Shown: one piece after another, positions 10,345-23,689 of the stretch | How the letters are laid out: every line of letters begins with the position of its first letter | Position numbering within the stretch: the first letter of the stretch is position 1 | Assembly (NCBI RefSeq): GCF_963921235.1 | Contig: NC_086097.1 | Span: 211,360,001 to 211,424,000 of the forward strand | DNA from: Mobula hypostoma | Lineage: Eukaryota | Direction of reading: 5' to 3' | DNA: 64,000 nt | The notes under the pieces: generated by a model | Databases searched by the model: none | What the model was told of the DNA's origin: nothing | The model's input: only the letters and a program-made list of their open reading frames with translations | Made by a program: the position numbers and the translations under genes

Positions 10345-12972
10345 ATAGAATTATAGAAAACCTACAGCACCACACAGACCCTTCGGCCCACAATGCTGTG
10401 CCGAACATGTACTTACTTTAGAAATTACCTCAGGTTACCCATAGCCCTCTATTTTTCTAAGCTCCATGTACCTATCCAGGAGTCTCTTAAAAGACCCTAT
10501 TGTATCCACCTCCACCACTGTCACTGGCAGCCCATTCCACACACTCACCACTCTCTGTGTAAAAAACTTACTCCTGATATCTCCTCTAACTATCCGCACG
10601 ATCAATGCCTCTCATCATCTTTTACACCTCTATCAGGTCAGCTCTCACCCTCCGTCACTCCAAAGAGAAAAGGCCAAATTCACTCAACCTATTCTAATAA
10701 GGCATGCTCGCCAATCCAGGCAACATCCTTGTAAATCTCCTCTGCACCCTTTTTATAGTTTCCACATCCTTCCTGTAGCGAGGTGACCAGAACTGAGCAC
10801 AGTACTCCAAGTGGGGTCTCACCAGGGTCCTATATAGCTGTAGCATTACCTCTCGGCTCTTGAACTCAATCCCACAGTTGATGAAAGCCAATACACCGTA
10901 TGCCTTCTTAACCCCGCAGTCAACCTGCGCAGCAGCTTTGAGTGTCCTATGGACTCAGACCCCAAGATCCCTCCAATCCTTCACACTGACATGAGTCTTA
11001 CCATTAATACTATATTCTGCCATCATATTTCACCTACCAAAATGAACCACCTCACACTTATCTGGGTTGAAATCCATCTGCCACTTCTCAGCCCAGTTTT
11101 GCATCCTATCGATGTCTTGCTGTAACCTCTGACAGCCGTCCACACTAATCACAACACCCCCAACCTTTTTGTCATCAGAACATTCAATAACTCATCCCTC
11201 TACTTCCTCATCCAGGTCATTTATAAAAATCATGAAGAGAAGGGGTCCCAGAACAGATCCCTGAGGCACACCACTGGTCACTGACCTCCATGCAGAATAT
11301 GACCCATCTACAACCATTCTTTGCCTTCTGTGTGCAAGCCAGTTCTGGATCCACAAAGCAATGTCCCCTTGGATCCCATGCCTCCTTACTTTCTCAATGA
11401 GCCTTGCATGGGGTACCTTATCAAATGCCTTGCTGAAACCCATATACACTACATCTACTGCTCTTCCTTCATCAATGTGTTTAGTCACATCCTCAAAAAA
11501 TTCAGTCAGGCTCATTAGGCATGACCTGCCTATGATAAAGCCATGCTGACTATTCCTAATCATATTATGCCTTTCCAAATGTTCATAAATCCTGCCTCTC
11601 AGGAACTTCTCCATCAACTTACCAACTACTGAAGTAAGACTCACTGGTCTATAATTTCCTGGGCTATCTCTACTCCCTTTCTTGAATAAGGGAACAACAT
11701 CTACAACCCTCCAATCCTCCAGAACTTCCCCTGTCCCCAATGATGATGCAAAGATCATTGCCAGAGGTTCAGCAATCTCCTCCTTCACTTCCAACAGTAG
11801 CCTGGGGTATATTTCGTCTGGTCCCAGAGACTTACCTAACTTGATGTTTTCCAAAAGCTCCAGCACATCCTCTTTCTTAATGTCAAGCATTTCAATCCAC
11901 TGTACATCAGCCCTGCAATAGAACATAGAACATAGAATAGTACAGCACAGTACAGGCCCTTTGGCCCACGATGTTGTGCCGACCCTCAAACCCTGCCTCC
12001 CATATAAGCCCCCACCTTAGATTCCTCCATATACCTGTCTAGTAGTCTCTTAAACTTCACTAGTGTATCTGCCTCCACCACTGACTCAGGCAGTGCATTC
12101 CATGCACCAACCACTCTCTGAGTAAAAAACCTTCCTCTAATATCCCCCTTGAACTTCCCACCCCTTACCTTAAAGCCATGTCCTCTTGTATTGAGCAGTG
12201 GTGCCCTGGGGAAGAGGCGCTGGCTGTCCACTCTATCTATTCCTCTTATTATCTTGTACACCTCTATCATGTCTCCTCTCATCCTCCTTCTCTCCAAAGA
12301 GTAAAGCCCTAGCTCCCTTAATCTCTGATCATAATGCATACTTTCTAAACCAGGCAGCATCCTGGTAAATCTCCTCTGTACCCTTTCCAATGCTTCCACA
12401 TCCTTCCTATAGTGAGGTGACCAGAACTGGACACAATACTCCAAGTGTGGTCTAACCAGAGTTTTATAGAGCTGCATCATTACATCATGACTCTTAAACT
12501 CTATCCCTCGACTTATGAAAGCTAACACCCCATAAGCTTTCTTAACTACCCTATCCACCTGTGAGGCAACTTTCAGGGATCTGTGGATATGTACCCCGAG
12601 ATCCCTCTGCTCCTCCACACTACCAAGTATCCTGCCATTTACTTTGTACTCTGCCTTGGAGTTTGTCCTTCCAAAGTGTACCACCTCACACTTCACCAAG
12701 GTCCTTTTCCATAGTGAATGCTGAAGCAAAATATTCATTAAGTATCTCTTCTACCTCCTCCGGCTCCATACACACTTTTCCACTGTCACACTTGATTGGT
12801 CCTATTCTCTCACATCTTATCCTCGTGCTCTTCACATACTTGTAGAATACCTTGGGGTTTTCCTTAATCCTGCTCGCCAAGGCCTTCTCATGGCCCCTTC
12901 TGGCTCTCCTACTTTCATTCTTCAGCTCCTTCCTGCTAGACTTATAATTTTCTAGACCTCTATCATTACCTG
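10345..12972 (-). mobile_element. CR1 LINE (RT) carrying a younger CR1 insertion at about 11920-12695
   Basis: ORF 11192-11989: [50 protein letters not shown]2 continues at 12696-12970 (IKENPKVFYKYVKS). Confidence 0.95.
11920..12695 (-). mobile_element. Young 5'-truncated CR1 with an uninterrupted ORF2 C-terminus
   Basis: Open about 235 codons (KCEVVHFGR...[19 protein letters not shown]...TRGHGFKV...FKRLLDRYM); (ATAGAAC)n tail at 11918-11940. Confidence 0.95.
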
Positions 12973-12999
12973 TGTGGTTTTTCTGAAGACCATGAAAAT

Positions 13000-13460
13000 A
13001 ATATCCATTGCTTTACCCTCACTTTCATCACTTCATCAAAAAAACTCATACATGTGTAAAATACAAATTCTGCCACATGCCAAAATGCCATGCTGACTTT
13101 TCCTAGTAAGCTCATATTTTTCCAGATGCACACAGATCCTATTCCTAAGAATTTTCTCCAACAATTTCCCTTCCATTAATGGAAGGCTCACTGGCTTTAC
13201 ATCAGATGGATTATCCTTTTTTCCCTTCTTAAACAAAGAAACATCAGCCATCTTCTGGGACCTCACCTGTAACTAAAGAATAAACATAGATTTTGTCAAG
13301 GCTCCAGCAATTTCCTCTCTTGTTTCTCTCAAAAACCTGGAAGCAATCCCATCTAACCTTGGAGACTTATCCACCTTAAAGTTTCTTCATCGACCCAGCA
13401 CTTTGTTATTAACATGCTCTAGAACATCAGCATATCTCTCCCTGATCTCATTCTCCTTCG
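13000..13460 (-). mobile_element. Old CR1 RT fragment
   Basis: LFKKGKKDNPSDVKPVSL...GKLLEKILRNRI...SQHG. Confidence 0.8.
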
Positions 13461-14949
13461 GATTTACATATAATCCTGTTGATGGGAAATGCATGGATTG
13501 GAGGCTTTTGTTGCTATGGTGATGTGTCCAAAACCTAAACTAAAACAGCCTTGGCACTTGCTATTCAGAGTTTTTGATTCACAATGTTAGCCTCATGGTG
13601 CAAGGGCACTTAATAAACTTTTTCCCAGCTGTAGGTAAGAAAACAGTTAAGAGCAGTAAGTGTTTATGGTAATTGTGTGTCTGAATTTAATGATACCCAT
13701 AAAATAGAATACAGTTTCAATGGTAAACTTAAAAAAGGTAACCTGTGTGAGTGCTATTAAATTTACATTCCAGTTAAAGTATAATTTTAATACGTGCTTT
13801 TGCTTGTTAATTTGCTCTCCAGAGGGATTACACACACACAACTGAATATGCCTGACATCAACAAAGAAATCACAGGCTTGCATAAAAATCTTCACTGAAT
13901 TTAATCAGCTCTCTTCCACATCAATATCCCCACTCCACCATTCCCAACTCCCCAACTGCAGAATATGTTAAAAAATAACTGACAAATTATTTTAACACCT
14001 GAATTATTAAACTTTTCAGAGCTAATTTAATGGTGCCTATACTTTTTCACTTTTCACTTTTTGCTGGCTGTCTGTAGTTTATTGATTACATCTTCAAGCT
14101 TGGTTGCTTTTCAACATGATCAGCATGTTTAAATATTTTCCTTACCACATCAATCATATAACTACTTTGTTAACTCTGAAGAACCCACAAGGAATTCTGA
14201 GAGATTTATTAGGCATAACCAATATCACATAAAGTCATGTTAGATTGGTTTTACTGCTCTTGGTCTTGCAACATGCCCTTGAATTAATTTCATTCCACTG
14301 AACTAAGGGAGCCAATTTATTGTCAGTAGTTAAAACACCTACTGAGCTGGTCAAGATGATGTCAAACATGCCTGGTTAGCCTACGTTTACTGTACATCAT
14401 CAGCTTGGTCAAGAAGTTTAGACTTACGCCCAGAATTGTTGCTTCAAGAATGATTAAGCGTCCGACAACCAAATAACTTGTCCTCTAGGTATCAATGAAG
14501 AGGCTGCGTGATTTTCTGTCATTTAGTCCTGCAATTAATGAGCTCCCATAACAGCAGCTTTACTAAACAGAAATAATGTCTATCATAAAGACTGCCAACA
14601 CTACTTAAAGATTTTCCTAGCTCTCACCGTTCACATTCTAATTGAGATTGACTAGATGTCTGCCTTGAGGTTGGATTGCACCTTTTATCGGTGCACTGAA
14701 CCACAGTTGTGTCTAGCACAATTGCCCTATCAAGTCCCTTGCAACTAAAATTGAGAAATTGGCCAAAATCCAATTTTAAAACTGTGGTTTAGGAGATCCA
14801 GGAGTAAGCACTATAGAAGGAAATTGTGCAATGCCTGAAGGGTCCTCACATCATTTCTGGCATCTCCTACAGAGCATTCAGAAAGGAGCACCAGCCCTCA
14901 AACTCACATTCTGTATGTTAAGCCATACATAGAGTGGAGGCAGAGAAGA

Positions 14950-15085
14950 CAAATAGAACATTACAGCACAGTACAGGCCCATCACCCCAGGCTGTTGTGG
15001 TGACCTTTTGCACTGCTCTAACATTAACCACATTCTTTCCTCCTACATACCTTTCATTTTTCGATCATCCATGTGCCTATCTAAA
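14950..15085 (-). mobile_element. CR1 3' tail
   Basis: atagaacattacagcacagtacaggccc...ccatgtgcctatctaa. Confidence 0.75.
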
Positions 15086-15624
15086 TGGAGCTGAGAGGTA
15101 GAAAGAGCTTAGAAACATACAAGTCTTGGGCAACAAAACCAAAACAATGCCAGAAGATTGGTTGTGCAAAGCATGGCGATCTCCCAAGACCACCATAAGA
15201 AGAGCTTGCAGAAAGTGAATTCAGTAGTCTTCCTGCCCAGAGGAGTAATGTAGAGAGAAACCTCATGATCACCCAAAATATTCCGGGGTGATCTGTATGC
15301 CACTGCTCATACGTGCAAAAGGGAGACTCTCATAGCAAGTGTTTGTTTTAATGTGGATGTCTGAGTTTGTTAAACAAGCTGACACTCTTCAAGAATACAG
15401 ATGAGTTGTAGCAAGTCATTCAATAACTTGACCAGTGATCTATTCAATCAAGTGTTAGACCCAGTCCAAGTTCACCTACTGAGCAGGTTGTGAAGGGATT
15501 TTATATGACACCTGGCCTTTTTCAGTTGATTTTTGTGTACAGTATTGGTGCAAAAGATCACAGCCATGGAGGGGCCTCCTGGCTGGAATTGGTTTTCACA
15601 CCGCTTTTAACAATTGCCTTTCTC

Positions 15625-16270
15625 TTAGGGAATCTGATACATCTTGGTGGCCAAGGCCTGCCTCCTCCTCCTCTTTGAGTGAGGACAACACCTGGGATCC
15701 TTGCCATTCCTCCTGTTCCTTTGGCTCCTGCTACCCATAAGCAAACCCATCGAAGCCGTTAGGCTCTGGGTATACTTGCTGATCTTTCTCAAGCACTGAC
15801 AGCTTTCTGCATTTACAAGATTGTGTAGTGTGCAGCAGATGATGATAAAGTCACCGTATTTGTTTGGTGTGATCTGCAGGCGGATCCCAGATGGATGCAA
15901 GCAAGGAAACTCACCATAAGAAGTCAATGATATTTGTCATTACTTTCCTGGTATGTGCAAGTCTCTCATTGCATCTGTGTTCAGCTGGATAGGTGGGAGA
16001 GCTCACTGAACTGAGGATCCCACGAGGGAGAAGGAAACCTCAGTTCCCCAGGTTCTACTGAGCAGTGATAGCTAGGGGAAATGTATAGCAGCAGCATGGA
16101 CTCTGTAGGAATGAAGGAGTCATATGTGTTTCCTGGAAATCTCATGATCACCCAAAGTATGACAAAACTCCTCTCATGATTCACAACTCCATGCTGAGGG
16201 AGTGGAAGCCATTTTTGCTCAAGAAAACACCCAGTTTATTAAGGGGTGTTCTTATTGGCACAACAGTGAA
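15625..16270 (-). pseudogene. PIF/Harbinger transposase relic (DDE nuclease, HARBI1-like family)
   Basis: Minus-strand pieces TVVPIRTP...FLSKNGFHSLSMEL, MRFPGNTYDSFI and LQITPNK...IIICCTLHNL match Harbinger motifs (H.aI.aP, NRKGFHSiNvQ, a.fPGs.hDs, iiva.c.LHN); frameshifted. Confidence 0.75.
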
Positions 16271-16529
16271 ATCAGTGTAAAGCGCATAGAAGTGGCAATT
16301 GGGCAATATTATTTTATGATTCTGTTTCTAGCTCTTGCATTAGTGTATATCTTATTGAAGACCCAAAATTTCACTGTTAAAAACACATTAAAACAATGAA
16401 ATGTAATGTCTTTCACTGTCACTCTAATTGATCTATCTGGCCTCACCCTAACAGAGATATTTCCCCCGCTCTATACACTTCTCCCTCATATTTCTCTGCA
16501 ACTGAAAACTAACTTATTTTTCTTTCTTT

Positions 16530-16628
16530 CCCACTTCTGACAAAAGCTCCTTGCAACATTAACTGTGTCAGTGTCCACAGATGCTGCCCGATCTGCTGAG
16601 TGTTTCCAGCATTTTCTGTTTTTATATT
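16530..16628 (+). mobile_element. Penelope-derived pseudo-LTR fragment
   Basis: cacagatgctgcccgatctgctgagtgtttccagcattttctg. Confidence 0.6.
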
Positions 16629-17705
16629 TGAAAAGGGATTGTTTTGTATTATCAAGCTTGCTAGGTGCCTGAAGGATAAATTGCAGGTGGAGATGAGACC
16701 AAGCTGAAGAATTCCAGCTATTGCAGAAGAGAGGAATGGGAGGAACAGAGAGATGTGGAGAGTACTTGTAGCCCTAACTACTTAAGTGCTTCACATATTC
16801 ACGTAACTAAGACTAGGAAATGAGGAGGCTATACGTTCTCAAAGAGATCTCAGAGAGGAAAGACACCACTGGACTGCAATTCCTGTCATAATTGTACCTA
16901 ACTCTTATGCCAGTAGGATTTTGCTGACTGATGCATGCACCATAATCTATATGCCACATAAATGGAAAGAAGGTTGGTTTTCTTGAGGCTTCACAAGCTT
17001 TAAGAAAGCTTTTGTGCATTTTCCCTATGGTTGGAGGTGACGCCAACAAAATGCAACATTTTAGAATTTTCCCTAAGTTGAAAGGCCACTGAGTGCAGAC
17101 AACAACCGTACACGTGTGGCCATGCAAGCCCTTCATTTAAGCAAAGAAGTTTTCAAAAGAAGGGAAGGATTCTACTTCCTTCATAGCAACTTGTGAATGC
17201 CGAGTAGCAGTGCATCAATGCAGGCATATTCAGACATTGGTCGCAGTGCTTTCATTCATCTTACAGAGTTCAATTCCAGAGCAATGCAAATGGCTGTGTT
17301 CAAGATGACAAGGGGTGCTTCGGATGTCATTGCTCTTCAAAGCCAGATTCTTCCATGTGCCCTCTGTGCACAGGCATGATGTGAATGTTTCAGATCACCT
17401 GTCCATTTTATTTTGCATTTTTGTTCACCAAATCCATCTTTTTTTAAGCTCAGACAGGAAAAGCACTCATCCAACTCGAGCAGAAATGCTCAGTGCAATG
17501 GATTCAGCACTAAACATAATTATTCTGGTGCAAATTCCACCAAGTTCACATCAGTCACATCCTTGTCTAGTAAGGAAAGTAGATAGCTCACACTAAAACT
17601 CAGTTTAAAGACATAAGATATTAAAAAATTAAAACAACACATGCACTTACAAACACTAAGGTAAAAGTGAATGTGCCTGGGTACGTATGTGACCCAGCTC
17701 CACAT

Positions 17706-17860
17706 AAACTTTATACTTTATTGTAGCCAAACAATTGATACTAGAACATACAATCATCACAGCGATATTCGATTCTGCGCTTCACACTCCCTGGATTACA
17801 AATATTAAATATTATAAATATTGAAAATCATTAAAATTAGTAAATATTAAAAATATAACT
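17706..17860 (-). mobile_element. Rex1/Babar LINE 3' tail
   Basis: Close reverse complement of 24830-24965. Confidence 0.8.
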
Positions 17861-18624
17861 GTGAACCGCACTGTAAAATAAATGAACAGGCAATTGTAGA
17901 TGTCACTATTTAATAAATGGGAGTTGTGAAGAAGATCCTTCTTCAATAGTCCTGCCTGTTTGGTCTCTTTTGCACACATAAAACAAGGTTATTTCTTTTA
18001 AGTTTCTGTTTGATAGATTTGGCTCACATCACCTGCTGTGCTGGAAGCTGGAGAAGGCTAAGTGCCAGCGGTAGGTGTAGAATAGCTTGTTTCTTCACTA
18101 TTGTTGACAGTTTTTATTTTTTAACACTTGATGAGGGTTTCAATTCTCTCTGTGTCTTTAAAAGTGAAGGATAACTGTAAAAATTGGGAGTGAGCCTTTA
18201 TAATCAAAGGATGTCTGTTGAGTGATATACTCCTCCATAAATATTTGCAATATCATTTCAACTAAATGACTAACAGGAGAATGGAAATGATGCATTGGAT
18301 ATCTACATCTGTTAATATGAAAAAATGTGACTAGAATTATTTCAGCTCATGGGTCTCCCAGCTGTAATTCGATGACAAAGGCATTTCAGAAGATTGCCAG
18401 ATATTTTTCATGATTATCAAAGGAATCATTGTACAAATGGAGTTCACTGAGAGATAAAACCCGGTATGGTTATTTTACAACATCTGGCTGGATCTTCAGC
18501 TCTAATTTGCTCCACAAATCTTTTATGTATTCACTGCTGTTTAAAGCAAAACAGAAAATAACAATAGTGATATGAGATAAAGAAACAAGAATGGATGTGC
18601 TGGAAGAGTTTTACAAAAGCCAGG

Positions 18625-18720
18625 TGATGAAACATTATTAAAATTAAGACTGGAGAAGAAATGTTATTAAAATGAAGACTGGTGATGAAAGATTATTAAA
18701 ATGAAGACTGGAGAGACTGG
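18625..18720. repeat. Minisatellite, about 3 copies of a 29-bp unit
   Basis: ttattaaaat(t/g)aagactgg(a/t)ga repeated three times. Confidence 0.85.
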
Positions 18721-19089
18721 AAGCTGAAATAAAACCCAGAATGCTGGGAGTACCAAGGCAGATATTGTCATGAGAGAAAGCATAAGTAGTTCATGTCACT
18801 CACTCACCATTCATCGAGCTTATGAAAATTACAAAACTCCATAATCACTAATCACCATCTTTTGATTTGAGAATTTGAAGTCAGAATTAGAATCAGAACC
18901 AAAATCAAGTTTATTACCATTGACATGTGTTGTGAAAATGGTTGTTTTGTAACAGCAGTTCAGTGCAAAACATAAACATTACTATGAATTGCAAATAAAT
19001 AAGTAAATAATCAATGCAGAATAGGAATTAAATGTTGCCTGCCGTATGTTGGACATTTTTGTTCACATATTATTGTAAAGATGGATGTG

Positions 19090-19860
19090 TATGTGGTCAT
19101 CTCGGTAAGATGGCGCCAGCAATCAATGTGACTTATGGCAACATCCTGCAGGCAGTTCACAAAATTACTTCTTTTAAATATACCTCAACTACTAAACTCT
19201 GTGCAATTGGAGCCAGTAATTTACATTTTGATAATGCTTTTTTAAGTCAACTGAGCAATCTACTGTCTCCAAGGAAATTTGACGTGATTGAGAGCGAGGT
19301 TGGGAATGGAATGTGTGGCCTAATTGGCGAGGCAGGAACCCATGATCGGTTCCAATTCTCATCCAACTCGCCGATTAAAGCGTCGAACAAGATTGAAATC
19401 ACTGAGGATAAGACCGGAAGGTGAGTGGGAGTTCAGCGCCGTCTACCTGCGTTTGACCAGTCTCCCTCGCTGATGCTGGAGGAAGGTAGAGGAGTCTTGG
19501 GTCTTGGGCAAGGCTTAATCTGCGCATTTTGTGGATTGGACTAATTTTTATGGGGCTCAGCATGACATGTTATATGAATTTTTGGCTTCTGATTGCTCCT
19601 TTTTTATTGCTACTTGACATGATTTTGATTGGGGCAGACTGGGTCTGCAGCCTGCAGTTAATGAATGACACAACGTTAAATTGAATGGAACTGAACTAAA
19701 CTGAACATTCCTAAACTGGTTCAAGGACTCTGTCATTTGATGTTTAATATTCTGTGTGTTATTTGCTCGTTTTATTGCCATGTGCATAATTTGTTCTTTT
19801 TTTGTGCATCGGGTATTTGATGTTTTCTTTGAACGGTTCGATGGTGGTTCTTTGTTTCAT
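19090..19860 (+). mobile_element. Non-autonomous element with an AAGATGGCGCC head and LINE-like AT-rich tail
   Basis: ggtaagatggcgccagc at about 19104; gaactgaact repeats and Rex-type tail; no coding potential. Confidence 0.5.
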
Positions 19861-19959
19861 TCCTGTCTACTGAGTTTAATGATTGAACTGGTTTATTTTC
19901 AGTGCCTAAGGAGGTGCTTGACATAGTTAATAACTATGACTATCTGGTTGATTTTCAAC

Positions 19960-20665
19960 ACTCTGAGGTCAGCTGTCGCTTGCCCTATGACCAGGCAATT
20001 TATTTCAGTTTGCTTTTTCTCTATGCATTGGGTGTTGGTCTTTTTTTTAACTGGGTTCCTCGTTTTCTGGCTGCCTGTTAGCAGACAAATCTCAAGATTG
20101 TATAATGTATGCATACTTTGATAATAAATGTACTTTGAATCCTTTGAAGGTCCCAGGTCAAGTCCCACCACATCAGCCTGGCTGTCTGCAGCATAACGTA
20201 AGGCAGGTTCCCTTTCAGTGTAAGTATCTGTCTGTGGTGCCAAACAATGAGGCACAATCCAGAATCATTAACTTTCAAAGTCATCATTGAAATCTACTAT
20301 TTCTGATTATAGTACCCCTCAGCCATCAGGCTCTTGAACCAAAAGGAATAACTTCTTCACTCACTCCATCACTGAACTGTTCCCACAACCTATAGGCTCA
20401 CTTTCAAGGACTTATCATCTCATGTTCCTGATATTTATTTCTCATTTAATCATTATTATTTTGTTTGGCTTTTTTCTTTTTGTATTTGCACATTTTGTTT
20501 CCTTTTGCACATTGGTTATTTATCCGTCCTGTTGGGTGTGGTCTTTCATGGAATCTACTGCATTTCTTGCATTTACAGAGCATGCTCGCAAGGAAACAAA
20601 TCTCAGGGTTGTATGTGGTGATATATACTGTCTATACTTTGATATTAAATCTACTTTAAACTTCA
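19960..20665 (+). mobile_element. Two Rex1/Babar 3' tails
   Basis: acaaatctcaagattgtata...ctttgataataaatgtactttgaa, and ccatcaggctcttgaacc...ctcagggttgtatgtgg (compare 40990-41310). Confidence 0.75.
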
Positions 20666-21779
20666 TATTTGATATTAACAAGCATTCTAAAATACTTATG
20701 AAATATTAAAATGTTAAATGATGTAACAATGCAAATTAAAGCACAACCACCTAAACTTACTAAAATCAAGTGAAATGGTTCATGCTGTGGACATCTGCTT
20801 CTTCTCATTGATTTCAATGTGTCTACTGTGCTGGTGCTGTGGTTAAAGTGGTGTAGTGTGTGGGATTTTAAGCATTTCTGATGGACTCCATGTGGAGTCC
20901 ACAGGCAGAGCACAGAGACAGGCGATGGCAAAGCAGCATGGCAGAAGCTATTATTGCTGACTTCAACCTACAACAGCACTGCATTCAAGACTTCCTCAAA
21001 GAAACACAAATAAGCCCTGGCAGAAAACTGGTGCCTCAGAAAATCTATCCCATTGTTAAAAAAATGTATATATCAGTAATTACTAAACTTAGTTCTTTGT
21101 AGCTATGTTAATTTGTACCTGTCATACACATATAAAAAATTCTCTTCATTCAATGCATTTGAAATTTGAGGTAGATTCATTTTTGTGGAAGTGTTTTGAG
21201 AACAGAGGAGTGTTACAACACAGACAGCAACTTTAGAATTTTAATATTTAATTACACACACTCTGCTTTCTTGAATTTGCTCTGTCTATTTACACAAAAT
21301 TTTGAGCAAATGTCTTAAGCTTCAACATACTTTGAAAGCAAAATCTGACCCAGTACCTGTAATAATAAGCAGCTGTGTTTTTTTTTGACTTTCCTTTCCC
21401 AATATCTTAAAAGTGCGTGCAAAATTGAGAACGTGGCTAATCCATATTGCATCTACACTGCAGGTGAAACAATACCACCTACAGAGGATCTAAATGCAAA
21501 ATAGCTTTCCCTAGCAGATGTCACTGCCAAACCCAGAAATACAACACTGGCTACCAAAGGGAAAAAAACCACATCACTCATTTTATAGACGCAAGCTGAT
21601 TAGTAGCATTTCTTTGTTCACCCTTAGTCGAAAGGGTGCTATTTGCAGAGCCTCTTAATTTTAAGATGATGACAATTTGCTTCCTTTATAAAGGAGAAAA
21701 AGATCTTTTATTTTGGCAAATGGTCTTTGCTCGGCATCTGCGTCATGAAGTTATGAAATTATCGATCACAGAAACAGGC

Positions 21780-22325
21780 ACTTTCAAGTCAAGGTCAATT
21801 TATTATCAAACTACTTTTATGTGAACATATAGTTCCTTGCAGGCATTTACAGGAAAAATGAATAAAATATAATTTATGAAAACTATCCACAGACAAAGGC
21901 TGATAAACACCAATGTGCATAAGAAGGCAAATTAAGCAAATAAAAAATACTGAGAACATGAGTTGTAGAGTTCTTGAGAGTGAGTCTGTAGCTTGTGGAA
22001 CGAGTTCAGAGTTGTGGGGAGTGAAGTTATTCTAATCAGTTCAGGAGCCTGATTGTTCTAGGGTAACAACTGTTTCTGAACCTGGTGGTGTGGAACCTGT
22101 GGCTCCTGTACCTCTTGCTGGATGATAGAAGCAAGAACCGGTCTGGATGTGGGGGTCCTTGATGACGGATGCTGCTTTCTTGTGGCAGCGCTCCACATAA
22201 ATGTTCTCAGTGGTGGGGATGGCTTTGCCCGTGATGGACTGGGCTGCATCCACCACTTTCTGTGACTTTTCTGTCCTTAGGCATTCATGTTCCCGTACCA
22301 GGCTGTGACGCAACCTACTAAACCA
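21780..22325 (-). mobile_element. Rex1/Babar LINE 3' fragment
   Basis: QKVVDAAQSITGKAIPT...CHKKAASVIKDPH. Confidence 0.85.
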
Positions 22326-22429
22326 GCATCCATGATCAAACACCCACCTATGCAAGTCATATTTTATTCTCCTCACATTGCCATTTTTTCTCTCTCAGGT
22401 TCTGCCACTCTGATAAACATCGGGGCAAT

Positions 22430-22595
22430 TTATAACGACCACTTTATATATCAACCCATAAATCTTGGGCTTATGGGAGGAAACCAGAGCAAAGGAAACC
22501 GGTGTGATCACCCAAACTCCACACAGACAGCATGGATTGAACCCAGTCACTGATGCTGTGTGGCAGCAGCTCTGATGACAATGGCACTGTGCTGT
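22430..22595 (-). mobile_element. HE1/V-SINE-like SINE fragment
   Basis: gggaggaaaccagagc...aaactccacacagacagc, the V-domain on the minus strand. Confidence 0.65.
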
Positions 22596-22894
22596 GCCTT
22601 TGCTGGCAAGAGAAAGTTATACATTTGCAAACTTCCATTTCCTGTAGAACTATCCCAATATTTATTTCACTCACTTTCAATTCGTTTCAAAAATTCAATG
22701 TAAATGTGCATTAGAAAACAACAAAACCTCTTCCTATTGTGAATCAATTTGCTACAGTGGACAGAATCTACTGAACTGTAGACTTTACTGGTCTATGATA
22801 AACTGCAAACAGTACATATAGTAACTGTTTATTCGACATTAAGGCCTAAAAAAGGATGGCATGTAATCCATCAGCAAAAATCAAAAACAGGGTT

Positions 22895-23590
22895 ATCCAT
22901 TATCCATGCTTGATAGCATGTGTGAATCCATTGTCCTCTCCTACAGATTCCTTCCTCTCCAGCTATTTATCTTTCCCACCCACCTTTCACCTTCTTGCTA
23001 TCCTTCTTCCCCTCTCCCCACCTTTTTACGCTGGCATCTTCCTCCTTCCTTTCCAGTCCTAAAGAAGGGTCTCAGCCCAAAATGTTGACTCTTTGTTCAT
23101 TTCCATGGATGCTGCCTGACCTGCTAAGTCACAACCACGGATTCGGCAGCACAGTAGATACAGCAATTGCGCTTGTGAATTTGCACGTGTCAGCTAATTA
23201 TTATTTAATTGGGATGGTATTTAACTCCATAGTTGTTGTCATAGTGCTTGTCGAGACTTGGACAGAGCATAGCAATGCTTCGCTGTTGTTTTGCACTCGG
23301 CCTTGCCTGAGATATTGGACTTCCAGGTCAACTGACTCTGAAGACTAGCGGTATTCACTTAATGTTTAGAAGTTCTTTTCCGCCGCAGTGTAAGCTTCAT
23401 TTTCCTTTTGAGAGTTTTAGTTAATGGCTCTATTTGGCCTAGCATTCATTGTTTTATTTTCCCTTTAACACTGTTCGTATTAAAGTCTGTGAACTATTGA
23501 CCTGCTTCAGTGTCTCTCACTCCGCACTTGGGCCATATCCGAACCTGGTAACGTGCTGAGTTCTTACAGCATTTTGTGTGTGGTACAATA
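22895..23590 (+). mobile_element. Penelope-derived pseudo-LTR split by a solo LTR
   Basis: ccagtcctaaagaagggtctcagcccaaaatgttgact...gatgctgcctgacctgct / tgctgagttcttacagcattttgtgtg. Confidence 0.75.
23127..23553. mobile_element. Solo LTR-like insertion
   Basis: (a)GTCAC...GTAAC(g) termini, probably mutated TG..CA; flanked by tgcta/tgctg; cleanly interrupts the pseudo-LTR. Confidence 0.6.
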
Positions 23591-23689
23591 AATAACATAC
23601 TTTATTGGAATATCATTAACTGGGAAAATTAAGCAAGGTTGGTTCATGTAGCACAGTTCTCTTTGAACATAGAACAGTTTAGCATGGGG

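Noticed and set aside
11192..12738. Two adjacent long RT-like ORFs as one gene
   Set aside because: They belong to two nested CR1 copies; the apparent N-termini are chimeric junction sequence.
18625..18720. Regularly spaced 29-bp repeats suggesting CRISPR
   Set aside because: Head-to-tail tandem copies with no unique spacers, in eukaryotic DNA.
21508..21527. CTCF-like motif ccctagcagatgtcactg
   Set aside because: A single imperfect match, expected by chance in 64 kb; unsupported without ChIP or conservation data.
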